Assembly (NCBI GenBank): GCA_963642795.1
Contig: CAVIHT010000007.1
Location: forward strand, 11,529 to 75,528
DNA: 64,000 bases
Direction of reading: 5' to 3'
From: Bacteroidaceae bacterium
GTDB lineage: Bacteria > Bacteroidota > Bacteroidia > Bacteroidales > UBA932
Positions 17,289-24,923 of the stretch are shown here, piece after piece. Made by a program: the position numbers and the translations under genes. The number at the start of each line of letters is the position of its first letter. Positions within the stretch are counted from its first letter, which is position 1. Under the pieces are notes generated by a model that was not told the DNA's origin, searched no databases, and was given only the letters and a program-made list of their open reading frames with translations.

Positions 17289-19226
17289 TTAGATGTTTAC
17301 GTCTTCAAGTTCCTCTTCGGAGCGCAGGTTCGCGCGGATGAAGTTCTGACGGTCTATCGTGTTGTCGCCCATGTAGAACTCCATGATGTCCGCGATGGAC
17401 TCCTCATCGGACAACTTCACGAGGTCAAGCCTCATGTCCTCTCCGATGAAATCCACGAACTCATCCGAAGAAATCTCTCCCAGACCCTTGAACCTGGTAA
17501 TCTGCACGGAGGTTTTCAGTTCCTTGACGGCGGCCTCCTTCTCTTCCTGAGAATAGCAGTAGCGCCTCTCTTTCTTGTTCGCCACTCTGAAAAGAGGGGT
17601 CTGAAGAATATGCACGTGTCCGCGTCTGATGAGATCCGGGTAATATTTCATGAAGAAGGTCAGCACGAGCATTCTGATGTGCATCCCGTCATCATCGGCA
17701 TCGGTCGCCACGATGATGTTGTTGTAGCGCAGGTTGTCGAGGTCGTCTTCTACTCCGAGGGCTGAGATCAGCAGGTTCAGTTCTTCATTCTCGGCCACTT
17801 TCTTGTGGCTTTCCTTGTAGCAGTTGATAGGCTTTCCCCGCAGACTGAAGACGGCCTGGTATTCGGCTTTTCTCACTTTGGTGATGGTTCCGCTTGCCGA
17901 GTCTCCCTCAGTGATGAATATGCTCGTGAGTTCCCCGAGATCCTGCTTGTCCTTAGGCAGCTTGTCACCGTAATGGAAACGGCAGTCGCGCAGCTTGCGG
18001 TTATAGACATTCGCCTTCTTGTTTCTCTCGCGTGTCTTCTTCTGGATTCCGGCAATCTCTTCGCGCTCCGCCTGCGACTCCTTGATCTTGTTCTCGATGA
18101 CGGGGACGATGTCCTTGTGGATGCGCAGGTAGTTGTCCAGATTTCTGGCTATGAAGTCGTTGACATACGAGCGGATGGTAGGCCCGCGGTCAATCTCGAT
18201 GGAGCCGTCCGGGTTTTGCACCTTCTTGCCGTTTTCATCGGTCTTCTCCTTCTCCCACATGTAGGTCGAACCGAGCTTGGTCTTGGTCTGACCCTCGAAG
18301 TTCGGTTCCTGGATCTGGATGCTGATGGCTCCGATTATGCCTTGGCGGCAGTCCTCCGGTGCGTAATTCTTCTTGAAGAACTCCTTGAGGGTCTTTGCGA
18401 TGGCCTCCCTGAAGGCTGCCAGATGCGTTCCTCCGTCACGGGTGTTCTGTCCGTTGACGAACGAGGCTATGTTTTCCCCGTAGGAGTTGCCGTGGGTCAG
18501 CACGACCTCCACATCCTCGCCGACAAGATGGACAGGCTCATAAAGCGGAGTCTCCGAGATTGACTCTTTCACGAGATCCAGCAGACCGTTCTCTGACTTG
18601 TAGGTCACACCGTTCAGGACAAGGGCAAGGCCTTTTTTAAGGTAGGAGTAGTTCTTGACCATTGTCTCCACATAGTCCGCATGGAATTCGAATCCTCCGA
18701 ACATAGTGCTGTCCGGTGTGAAGATCACCAGCGTGCCGTTCTTCTCGCTGACGTTCTCCTTCCTGCCACTGTCCACAAGCACTCCGCGTTCATAGCTGGC
18801 CCAGGAACTCTCCCCGTTTCTGAACGATTCCACGTAGAATTTCTCGGACAGGGCGTTCACCGCCTTGGTACCGACACCGTTCAACCCCACGGACTTCTTG
18901 AAGGCCTTGTCATCGAACTTTCCTCCGGTGTTCAGCTGGCTCGTGGCCTTGATGACGGAGTTAAGCGGGATTCCTCGTCCGAAGTCTCTCACCGTCACCT
19001 GTCTGTCCTCGATCTTGATGATGACCTGTTTGCCGAATCCTGCGGAGAATTCGTCGATGCAGTTGTCCACGATCTCCTTGAGGAGCACGTAGATGCCATC
19101 CCCGGGGTTGGATCCGTTTCCGAGTCTTCCGATGTACATTCCCGGACGCCTCCGGATGTGTTCGACACCTTCCAGAGTCTTTATGTTGTCGTCAGTGTAG
19201 TCGTAATTCTGTTCTATGTTCGCCAT
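17289..19226 (-). CDS. parE: DNA topoisomerase IV subunit B
   Basis: It has a GHKL ATPase N-terminus and a Toprim domain. EHIRRRPGMYIGRLGNGSNPGDGIYVLLKEIVDNCIDEF fits the Bacteroidetes ParE pattern rather than GyrB (GLHHLV..DNSIDEA). Confidence 0.85.
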   Translation of the reverse strand: MANIEQNYDYTDDNIKTLEGVEHIRRRPGMYIGRLGNGSNPGDGIYVLLKEIVDNCIDEFSAGFGKQVIIKIEDRQVTVRDFGRGIPLNSVIKATSQLNTGGKFDDKAFKKSVGLNGVGTKAVNALSEKFYVESFRNGESSWASYERGVLVDSGRKENVSEKNGTLVIFTPDSTMFGGFEFHADYVETMVKNYSYLKKGLALVLNGVTYKSENGLLDLVKESISETPLYEPVHLVGEDVEVVLTHGNSYGENIASFVNGQNTRDGGTHLAAFREAIAKTLKEFFKKNYAPEDCRQGIIGAISIQIQEPNFEGQTKTKLGSTYMWEKEKTDENGKKVQNPDGSIEIDRGPTIRSYVNDFIARNLDNYLRIHKDIVPVIENKIKESQAEREEIAGIQKKTRERNKKANVYNRKLRDCRFHYGDKLPKDKQDLGELTSIFITEGDSASGTITKVRKAEYQAVFSLRGKPINCYKESHKKVAENEELNLLISALGVEDDLDNLRYNNIIVATDADDDGMHIRMLVLTFFMKYYPDLIRRGHVHILQTPLFRVANKKERRYCYSQEEKEAAVKELKTSVQITRFKGLGEISSDEFVDFIGEDMRLDLVKLSDEESIADIMEFYMGDNTIDRQNFIRANLRSEEELEDVNI

Positions 19227-19248
19227 CTAATCTAATCGCATAATCGTA

Positions 19249-19256
19249 CAAATTTA
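19249..19256 (-). promoter_or_regulatory. -7 promoter box TAAATTTG upstream of parE
   Basis: Exact TAnnTTTG match, 23 nt upstream of the ATG at 19226. Confidence 0.45.
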
Positions 19257-19296
19257 CAAAATTTACGTGTGATTTGAAAAAGTATCTTTAAAGTGG

Positions 19297-19304
19297 TAAA
19301 TTTG
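19297..19304 (+). promoter_or_regulatory. -7 promoter box TAAATTTG upstream of the DUF1573 gene
   Basis: Exact TAnnTTTG match, about 94 nt upstream of the ATG at 19398. Confidence 0.4.
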
Positions 19305-19397
19305 CGTTCGGAAAGGAATTTGTGTTCCTTGAATATTGTTTGTCTGAAAAGTTTTTCTGTCGAAGGTGCTTCAGGCATATTCTAAAAATGCTGTTTT

Positions 19398-20594
19398 ATG
19401 AACATATTCAAACATATCGCCGCCACGCTGCTTCTGCTTGTGTCCGCCAGCGGCCTGATCGCCGCCCAAGGGTCGGGCAAGGACAACACATTCGGCGGAG
19501 TCGTCCGGTTGGACAAGACCGTGCACGATTTCGGAGACATTCTGGTGTCAGACGGGCCGGTGACCGCCACGTTTTCTGCCAAGAACTTGGGTGACAAACC
19601 GTTGCTGATCTACAATGTCGTGTCTTCATGCGGCTGCACCAATGTCGAATGGACCAGGAAACCGATTGCCCCGGGGGAAGCCGGAACCATCAAGGCCACT
19701 TTCAAGAACGATGAGAAAGGTTATCCTTTCGACAAGTCCCTGACCGCATATTTCTCAGGCTTGAAGCAGCCTGTCATCCTGAGGTTGAGGGGAGTGAGCC
19801 ACGACAAGCAGCTTTCTTTGGATGAACTTTATCCGATCCGTTTCGGGAATCTGGCCTTCAAGAAGGTGGATATCAAAGGCGGCAATCTTTCCCAGGGGCA
19901 GCAGAAGAGCGGAACTGTGACTGTCGCCAACCTTGGTAAGCAGCCGGTCACGGTAGAGTTCTCCGATGTCAGTGATGGATTGTCGGTCAAGATCTCTCCC
20001 AACCCCGTCCCCGCTAATTCCACGGCAAAGATCTCTTACACAGTGACCGCTGACAGGCGGCATTGGGGGAAGAATTACTACTATGCCACGCCGCTTGTTG
20101 ACGGACGTCAGTACAAGGCTGTGACGTCGTCATCGTCTGAAGAAGAACCTGCCGCCGCCGGAACCGAGGCCATTGTCGCGGATCCGAACCCGGAACTTGG
20201 AGCGGGGAAGAGCCGGATAGGAATATTCATGCGCACCAAGGAGAATTTTTCTGACCTGACAGAAAAGGAACGGAATGACGGTCCGAATCCGATGGCTGAC
20301 GAGAGTACCTTTTCTTTCGGCAAGGTCAAGGCCGGAACGAATGTGGACTGTAGGTTCACGTTCACCAACAAAGGCAAGTCTTTTTTCCGAATATATAAGG
20401 TGGATTCCGAGAGTTCGCACGTCAGCGTTCTGCCTTTCACCGACGTTCCGGCCGGAGAAAAGGGAGAGTTGAAGGTGACGTTTGACACGAAAGGATTCCC
20501 GGCGGGGGAGTGTCTGGTGATCCTGACTTTGACCACTAACTCACCTCTTCGCCCGATCATCAATCTTTATCTTACCGGTTGGGTGACCGCGTAG
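19398..20594 (+). CDS. DUF1573 domain-containing protein (multiple repeats), secreted
   Basis: It has a signal peptide. HDFGDILVSDGPVTATFSAKNLGDKPLLIYNVVSSCGCT is the classic DUF1573 signature, and further Ig-like repeats follow. Confidence 0.8.
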   Translation: MNIFKHIAATLLLLVSASGLIAAQGSGKDNTFGGVVRLDKTVHDFGDILVSDGPVTATFSAKNLGDKPLLIYNVVSSCGCTNVEWTRKPIAPGEAGTIKATFKNDEKGYPFDKSLTAYFSGLKQPVILRLRGVSHDKQLSLDELYPIRFGNLAFKKVDIKGGNLSQGQQKSGTVTVANLGKQPVTVEFSDVSDGLSVKISPNPVPANSTAKISYTVTADRRHWGKNYYYATPLVDGRQYKAVTSSSSEEEPAAAGTEAIVADPNPELGAGKSRIGIFMRTKENFSDLTEKERNDGPNPMADESTFSFGKVKAGTNVDCRFTFTNKGKSFFRIYKVDSESSHVSVLPFTDVPAGEKGELKVTFDTKGFPAGECLVILTLTTNSPLRPIINLYLTGWVTA

Positions 20595-20600
20595 CAGGCT

Positions 20601-21653
20601 ATGATAGTTTCCGTTTTAATTGATGCATTGAGAGGTTCGGTGTTGATTTCCGGCTTGGTTGTCGTCATGATGATGATAATCGAGTCGTTCAACGTGGAGT
20701 CGGACGGCAGGATATTCAGGTCCCTCAAGAAATCAGGCTTTGCTCAAGTGCTTGTGTCTGCTTTACTTGGCTCGGTTCCGGGATGCGTCGGGGGCTTCGC
20801 CGCCGTGTCGCTTTACACGCACCGGATGCTGAGTTTCGGGGCGTTGGTGGCGATGATGATCGCCACGGCCGGGGATGAGTCGTTCATGATGCTGGCGATG
20901 TTTCCTGGCAAGGCCGCGATGCTGTTCCTGGTTCTTTTCGCGCTTGCCATCGTGACCGGTCTGCTTATCGACCGGTTCTCCTCGAAAGACAAACCGTTGC
21001 CAACCCGTCTTGAGGATTCTTTTGAACTTCACGGTGACGGGTGTGAGCATCATGAGGGACATAATCATAAGGAGGGAAGACATTTTGGCAGGACAAGAAT
21101 ATTCATGTTCATCGGGGTCGTGATATTCATAGCCGCCCTGCTGCTTGGGTTTCTTGAGGAAGGAGGTGAAGCCGAGGGGCTTGAGGTTTTCAATGAAGAG
21201 TGGACTTTCTGGCTCTTCGGTGCGCTGAGTCTTGCCGTGTTGGGTACTCTGCTCTTCGCCTCCGACCATTTTGTGCAGGAGCATCTATGGAAACATATTG
21301 TCCGCAAGCACCTTCCGAGCATATTCCTTTGGACTTACGGAGTGCTTATGGTCATTGGTTTCCTGTTCAACTTCATCGACATTTCGGCTTGGGTCAGCGA
21401 CAACACCGCCCTTATGATCCTGCTGGCCATCGTCGTCGGCTTGATTCCGGAGTCCGGACCACATCTTGTGTTTGTGACCTTGTTCGCCGGCGGAGTTATT
21501 CCGTTCCCAGTCCTTCTGGCCAATTCTATCGTGCAGGACGGTCACGCCTCGCTTCCGCTCCTGGCCGACAGCAAATCCTCTTTCCTCAAGGCAAAGGCGA
21601 TAAAAGTAGGAATCGCCCTCATCGTTTTTGTGCTATGGGGTTTGATATTGTGA
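20601..21653 (+). CDS. polytopic membrane protein, putative metal exporter (ArsP_2 / 'putative manganese transporter' family)
   Basis: About 10 predicted TM segments and a His-rich loop (HGDGCEHHEGHNHKEGRH). The N-terminal pattern LGSVPGCVGGFAAVSLYTHRMLSFGALVAMMIATAGDESFMM is as I recall for this family. The family assignment is from memory. Confidence 0.6.
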   Translation: MIVSVLIDALRGSVLISGLVVVMMMIIESFNVESDGRIFRSLKKSGFAQVLVSALLGSVPGCVGGFAAVSLYTHRMLSFGALVAMMIATAGDESFMMLAMFPGKAAMLFLVLFALAIVTGLLIDRFSSKDKPLPTRLEDSFELHGDGCEHHEGHNHKEGRHFGRTRIFMFIGVVIFIAALLLGFLEEGGEAEGLEVFNEEWTFWLFGALSLAVLGTLLFASDHFVQEHLWKHIVRKHLPSIFLWTYGVLMVIGFLFNFIDISAWVSDNTALMILLAIVVGLIPESGPHLVFVTLFAGGVIPFPVLLANSIVQDGHASLPLLADSKSSFLKAKAIKVGIALIVFVLWGLIL

Positions 21654-21733
21654 TTTTAAGATTTATATTTGCATATTGTTTCCGCCGCGCCGGAAACTGA
21701 CAGAAATGATAACAATTTTATTTATTTTGAATT

Positions 21734-21907
21734 ATGGCTTACAAGATTTCAGAAACTGATTGCGTAGCTTGCGGCACATGCGCAGGCGAGTGCCCTCAGG
21801 GCGCTATCCACGAGGGTGACGTTTACACCATCGACCCGAACGCCTGCATCGACTGCGGCACCTGCGCCGACGCCTGCCCGATGGGTGCCATCCACCCGGC
21901 TGAGTAA
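21734..21907 (+). CDS. 2x[4Fe-4S] ferredoxin (57 aa)
   Basis: Hand translation gives MAYKISETDCVACGTCAGECPQGAIHEGDVYTIDPNACIDCGTCADACPMGAIHPAE*. It contains two CxxCxxCxxxCP motifs. It falls below the ORF-track length cut-off. Confidence 0.85.
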   Translation: MAYKISETDCVACGTCAGECPQGAIHEGDVYTIDPNACIDCGTCADACPMGAIHPAE

Positions 21908-21928
21908 TCAGGCATCACAAGATTTCAA

Positions 21929-21965
21929 GAGGAGGGTGACCAAAAGGGTCATCCTCTTTTTTTTA
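21929..21965 (+). terminator. rho-independent terminator after the ferredoxin gene
   Basis: GAGGA(GGG)TGACC-AAAAG-GGTCATCCTC is followed by a run of 9 T. Confidence 0.6.
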
Positions 21966-22160
21966 TGGTACGGAGTGCGGCTGCAGCTTGCCTCTGAGAG
22001 GACTCCGCTCGCTGCCGTATCCGGAGTCCGCGCGGATCTCCTCGCTCTGACGCCCGTATCTGTCACTGAATGATGTCACAAACGTGATGAAGACAGACTA
22101 CGAATAATACGCAGTGTCATTTAACGCTTGTTTGGATTCGGTTATGCGATAAAAAACCGC

Positions 22161-22168
22161 TAATTTTG
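22161..22168 (+). promoter_or_regulatory. -7 promoter box TAATTTTG upstream of the Fic gene
   Basis: Exact TAnnTTTG match, 58 nt upstream of the ATG at 22226. Confidence 0.45.
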
Positions 22169-22178
22169 TCGCAAATAT

Positions 22179-22207
22179 TGCGGCATTATTATTTGGTTAA
22201 TGCCGCA
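22179..22207 (+). promoter_or_regulatory. perfect 10-bp inverted repeat in the predicted Fic leader
   Basis: TGCGGCATTA (22179-22188) and TAATGCCGCA (22198-22207) are separated by a 9-nt spacer. The repeat lies between the -7 box and the start codon. Confidence 0.5.
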
Positions 22208-22225
22208 TAATGGATTTATTGATTT

Positions 22226-23515
22226 ATGTACATTCACGAAAGAGATAATTGGACGACATTCAGATGGGAGGCTTCCGATCTTACGACTGTTCTTGAAAAG
22301 GTCAGCCGTAAGCAAGGATTGTTGTATGGTCGGCTTGCTTCACTTGGATTAGATGACAAGCTGAAGGCCATGGCTGAAAACCTGACGTATGACGTGGTGT
22401 ATTCGTCTGAGATTGAAGGTGTCCGTCTGAATATGGATGAAGTGCGCTCGTCTATAGCCAGAAAGCTTGGTATTGAGAATGTCAAGCAGACTGCTCCTTC
22501 TCATTATGTCGATTCCGTTGTCGCGGTAATGCTTGATGCTGTAGGTCATTATAATCAGCCGTTGACAAAAGAAAAGTTATGCGCATGGCAAGCCGCCTTT
22601 TTCCCGACAGGCTTTAGCGAAGGCTCACATATTGAAATCGGGAAATACCGCACCAATGAAGAACACATCGTCTCCGGGATGTTGGGTAGAGAAAAAGTGC
22701 GCTATATAACCCCGGCCCCGGAGAGGGTGGAGGTGGAGATGGACAAATTCCTTAAGTGGTTTAACAAAGAAGAGGATATAAGCTCTATTGTCCGTTCTGC
22801 CGTAGCGCATCTTTGGTTCGTATGCATTCATCCGTTTGAGGACGGGAATGGACGACTGGCACGCATCCTTTCGAATATGCTTTTGGCTCGCACCGACCAA
22901 AGCGAGTTCCGTTTCTATAATATATCTTCACAAATCAACAAGGACAAGAACCATTACTATGATATCTTGGAAAAGACGCAGCTTGGCGACGGTGATATCA
23001 CGGAGTGGATATTGTGGTATGCCGGCACGTTATCGACAGCTCTTGACGAGGCGGTGAATGAGGTTAGAACAATTTTGAACAAGAGCATCTTCTGGCAGAA
23101 GGCTTCAAGAGTTGCGTTAAGCCGACGGCAGACAGGTATCCTTAACCTTTTCCTTGATGGTTGCGAGGCCAAGATAACGTCAAAGACTTGGGCTTCACTC
23201 GGCAAATGTTCCAAGGATACCGCCATTCGCGACATACAAGACCTCATGACCAAGGATATTCTGCGCGAAGACATTCCTGGAGCCAAGCGTCCGAGTTATT
23301 CAATCATATACGACACAGATGATATTACCGGGTTCTTTTCCGGCATCCATATAGAAGAGGAAGATGGTATCCCTTATCTGATAGCGACATACAAAGACAG
23401 AATACCCGTATGTGAGCGAATACTGTCATTGGATGCGGAGCGTTTCGAAAAAGGTGATTTGCCTTTGGATAATTTGCTCGCTAAATATTGCTCGTATATC
23501 AGTGCAAGCCAATAA
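22226..23515 (+). CDS. Fic family protein (class II, DUF4172-type N-terminus, C-terminal winged-helix-like extension)
   Basis: It has the Fic motif HPFEDGNGRLARIL (HxFx[DE]GNGRxxR) and an N-terminal inhibitory-helix motif SSEIEG ([ST]xxxE[GN]). GC is clearly lower than in the flanking genes (about 43% in the first 60 nt, counted by hand). Confidence 0.9.
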   Translation: MYIHERDNWTTFRWEASDLTTVLEKVSRKQGLLYGRLASLGLDDKLKAMAENLTYDVVYSSEIEGVRLNMDEVRSSIARKLGIENVKQTAPSHYVDSVVAVMLDAVGHYNQPLTKEKLCAWQAAFFPTGFSEGSHIEIGKYRTNEEHIVSGMLGREKVRYITPAPERVEVEMDKFLKWFNKEEDISSIVRSAVAHLWFVCIHPFEDGNGRLARILSNMLLARTDQSEFRFYNISSQINKDKNHYYDILEKTQLGDGDITEWILWYAGTLSTALDEAVNEVRTILNKSIFWQKASRVALSRRQTGILNLFLDGCEAKITSKTWASLGKCSKDTAIRDIQDLMTKDILREDIPGAKRPSYSIIYDTDDITGFFSGIHIEEEDGIPYLIATYKDRIPVCERILSLDAERFEKGDLPLDNLLAKYCSYISASQ

Positions 23516-23606
23516 GACAGAATTGTCATAGCCGACTCGGACAATATATAAGTGTGTCCAAATATGCCATCTTCCTGCGGTAAAAATACCGATCTTTGCG
23601 TCAACG

Positions 23607-23637
23607 AAAAGAGAAATTATTTTTAAACAGCTTCTGA
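23607..23637 (+). repeat. copy C of the dispersed intergenic element
   Basis: AAAAGAGAAATTATTTTTAAACAGCTTCTGA matches the reverse complement of 49208-49238 at 29 of 31 positions. Confidence 0.85.
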
Positions 23638-23657
23638 TAATGTCAGGACTTCGTCGG

Positions 23658-24494
23658 TCAGCAATAAGCCGGATATCGGTCACAAAGGATGCGGCGCAGG
23701 GCGGTGGCGACGGGATTTGTGCCATCTGTGGCCTCAAGATGCACATCTATAGCCAGTTCAGGCAATGTGACTGGCAGCGGGATTAGTTCGGGCGGTGCGG
23801 CAGGAAGAGGAATCAGGCCGATGATGTCAGGTGAGTCCTTCACCAGTCTCCCGATGGCCTCGGCGGAATCAGAAACGACCGCCACGCGGGTCTTCAAATC
23901 CAGGGGCAGAATCTCTGAATATGCCTCCAGAACCGCAAGTCTGATGTTCCTCGGAAGGGTTTTCAGATCCGTGATTTTTGAATATGCCGGGTTGGAGCAG
24001 ACCGCCGTGGCCGTCACACTGAACGCTAACGTGCCTATGTCCTCGAACGATGGCTCTACCACGTGCCTTTGGGCGTAAATCCTTATGTCAGAATCCTCGC
24101 CGGAAGAATTGCCGTGAATCGTGAATGTCAACGAAGGATTGAAAGTCAAGAGCTTGGAAATCGCTTTAGGGAGAACGTGGCTGGCGATGAACCCGTCCGC
24201 CGCGATTCTTACGGACTTTGCGCCAGTCAGTTTTCCGTCAGGACCGAATATCCGTCCTGCGGCGGAGTACCAGTACAGGATCTTTTCCGCATATTCCTTG
24301 AAAGTGATTCCTGCCGCCGTCAGGGTCACCGAACCTCTGCTTCTGGTGAAAAGCTCGGCTCCCATATTCCTTTCCAGTTCGGCGATGTTCTGGCTCACGG
24401 CAGGTTGGGTGACACCAAGCGTCTTCGCCGCTATGGTGAAGCTGCCGTTTTCGGCTACGGCCATGAAGACCCTCAGTTTGAAATCCTCGAACAT
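23658..24494 (-). CDS. LysR family transcriptional regulator
   Basis: The ATG at 24494 gives MFEDFKLRVFMAVAENGSFTIAAKTLGVTQPAVSQNIAELE, a LysR-type HTH. The longer track ORF is an upstream extension. Confidence 0.9.
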   Translation of the reverse strand: MFEDFKLRVFMAVAENGSFTIAAKTLGVTQPAVSQNIAELERNMGAELFTRSRGSVTLTAAGITFKEYAEKILYWYSAAGRIFGPDGKLTGAKSVRIAADGFIASHVLPKAISKLLTFNPSLTFTIHGNSSGEDSDIRIYAQRHVVEPSFEDIGTLAFSVTATAVCSNPAYSKITDLKTLPRNIRLAVLEAYSEILPLDLKTRVAVVSDSAEAIGRLVKDSPDIIGLIPLPAAPPELIPLPVTLPELAIDVHLEATDGTNPVATALRRILCDRYPAYC

Positions 24495-24559
24495 TGTCCT
24501 TTTACTTTTCGTTGCAGCTTTGTTGCTGTTGTTCCATTGCGGTTGGCCGCATCGACTCA

Positions 24560-24567
24560 CAAAGATA
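24560..24567 (-). promoter_or_regulatory. -7 promoter box TATCTTTG upstream of the LysR gene
   Basis: Exact TAnnTTTG match on the minus strand, 66 nt upstream of the ATG at 24494. Confidence 0.4.
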
Positions 24568-24604
24568 ACGTTTTTTTGCCTCAATTATCGCCTATGTTGA
24601 CATA

Positions 24605-24624
24605 TTCAATAAATATTTATCGAA
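24605..24624. promoter_or_regulatory. AT-rich dyad TTCAATAAATATTTATCGAA, a candidate LysR operator
   Basis: 18 of 20 positions are palindromic, with a perfect 12-bp core ATAAATATTTAT. It sits between the divergent LysR and HTH/M16 promoters. Confidence 0.4.
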
Positions 24625-24634
24625 AAACAAAAAC

Positions 24635-24642
24635 TATATTTG
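24635..24642 (+). promoter_or_regulatory. -7 promoter box TATATTTG upstream of the HTH/M16 operon (second box TAAGTTTG at 24663-24670)
   Basis: Both are exact TAnnTTTG matches, 51 and 23 nt upstream of the ATG at 24693. Confidence 0.4.
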
Positions 24643-24692
24643 GAATAACGAATATTTTGAAGTAAGTTTGCCACATTGTATAATTGAAAGAT

Positions 24693-24899
24693 ATGCCTAT
24701 AGTAGTCAATGTCGATGTCATGCTGGCGAAAAGGAAGATGTCTTCCGCCACTCTCGCCGAGAAAATAGGAATCACTCCCGCCAACCTTTCCATCCTTAAG
24801 ACAGGGAAGGCTAAAGCGGTGCGCTTCACCACCTTGGAAGCCATCTGCAAGGCCTTGGGATGCCAGCCCGGAGATGTCCTTGAGTATATTGATGAATAG
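24693..24899 (+). CDS. small XRE-family HTH transcriptional regulator (YozG-like), paralogue 1
   Basis: The track start at 24684 is TTG. The ATG at 24693 gives MPIVVNVDVMLAKRKMSSATLAEKIGITPANLSILKTGKAK..., the same N-terminus as the paralogue at 29999-30214. Confidence 0.85.
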   Translation: MPIVVNVDVMLAKRKMSSATLAEKIGITPANLSILKTGKAKAVRFTTLEAICKALGCQPGDVLEYIDE

Positions 24900-24923
24900 T
24901 AATAATCCTAAATATAGATTAGT

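Noticed and set aside
21816-22073. An 85-aa + ORF downstream of the membrane-protein gene
   Set aside because: It overlaps the ferredoxin gene out of frame and runs through the ferredoxin terminator. Its product is low complexity.
22226-23515. Reading the Fic gene as a toxin-antitoxin pair
   Set aside because: There is no small partner ORF on either side. The inhibitory motif is internal (class II), so a separate antitoxin is not expected.
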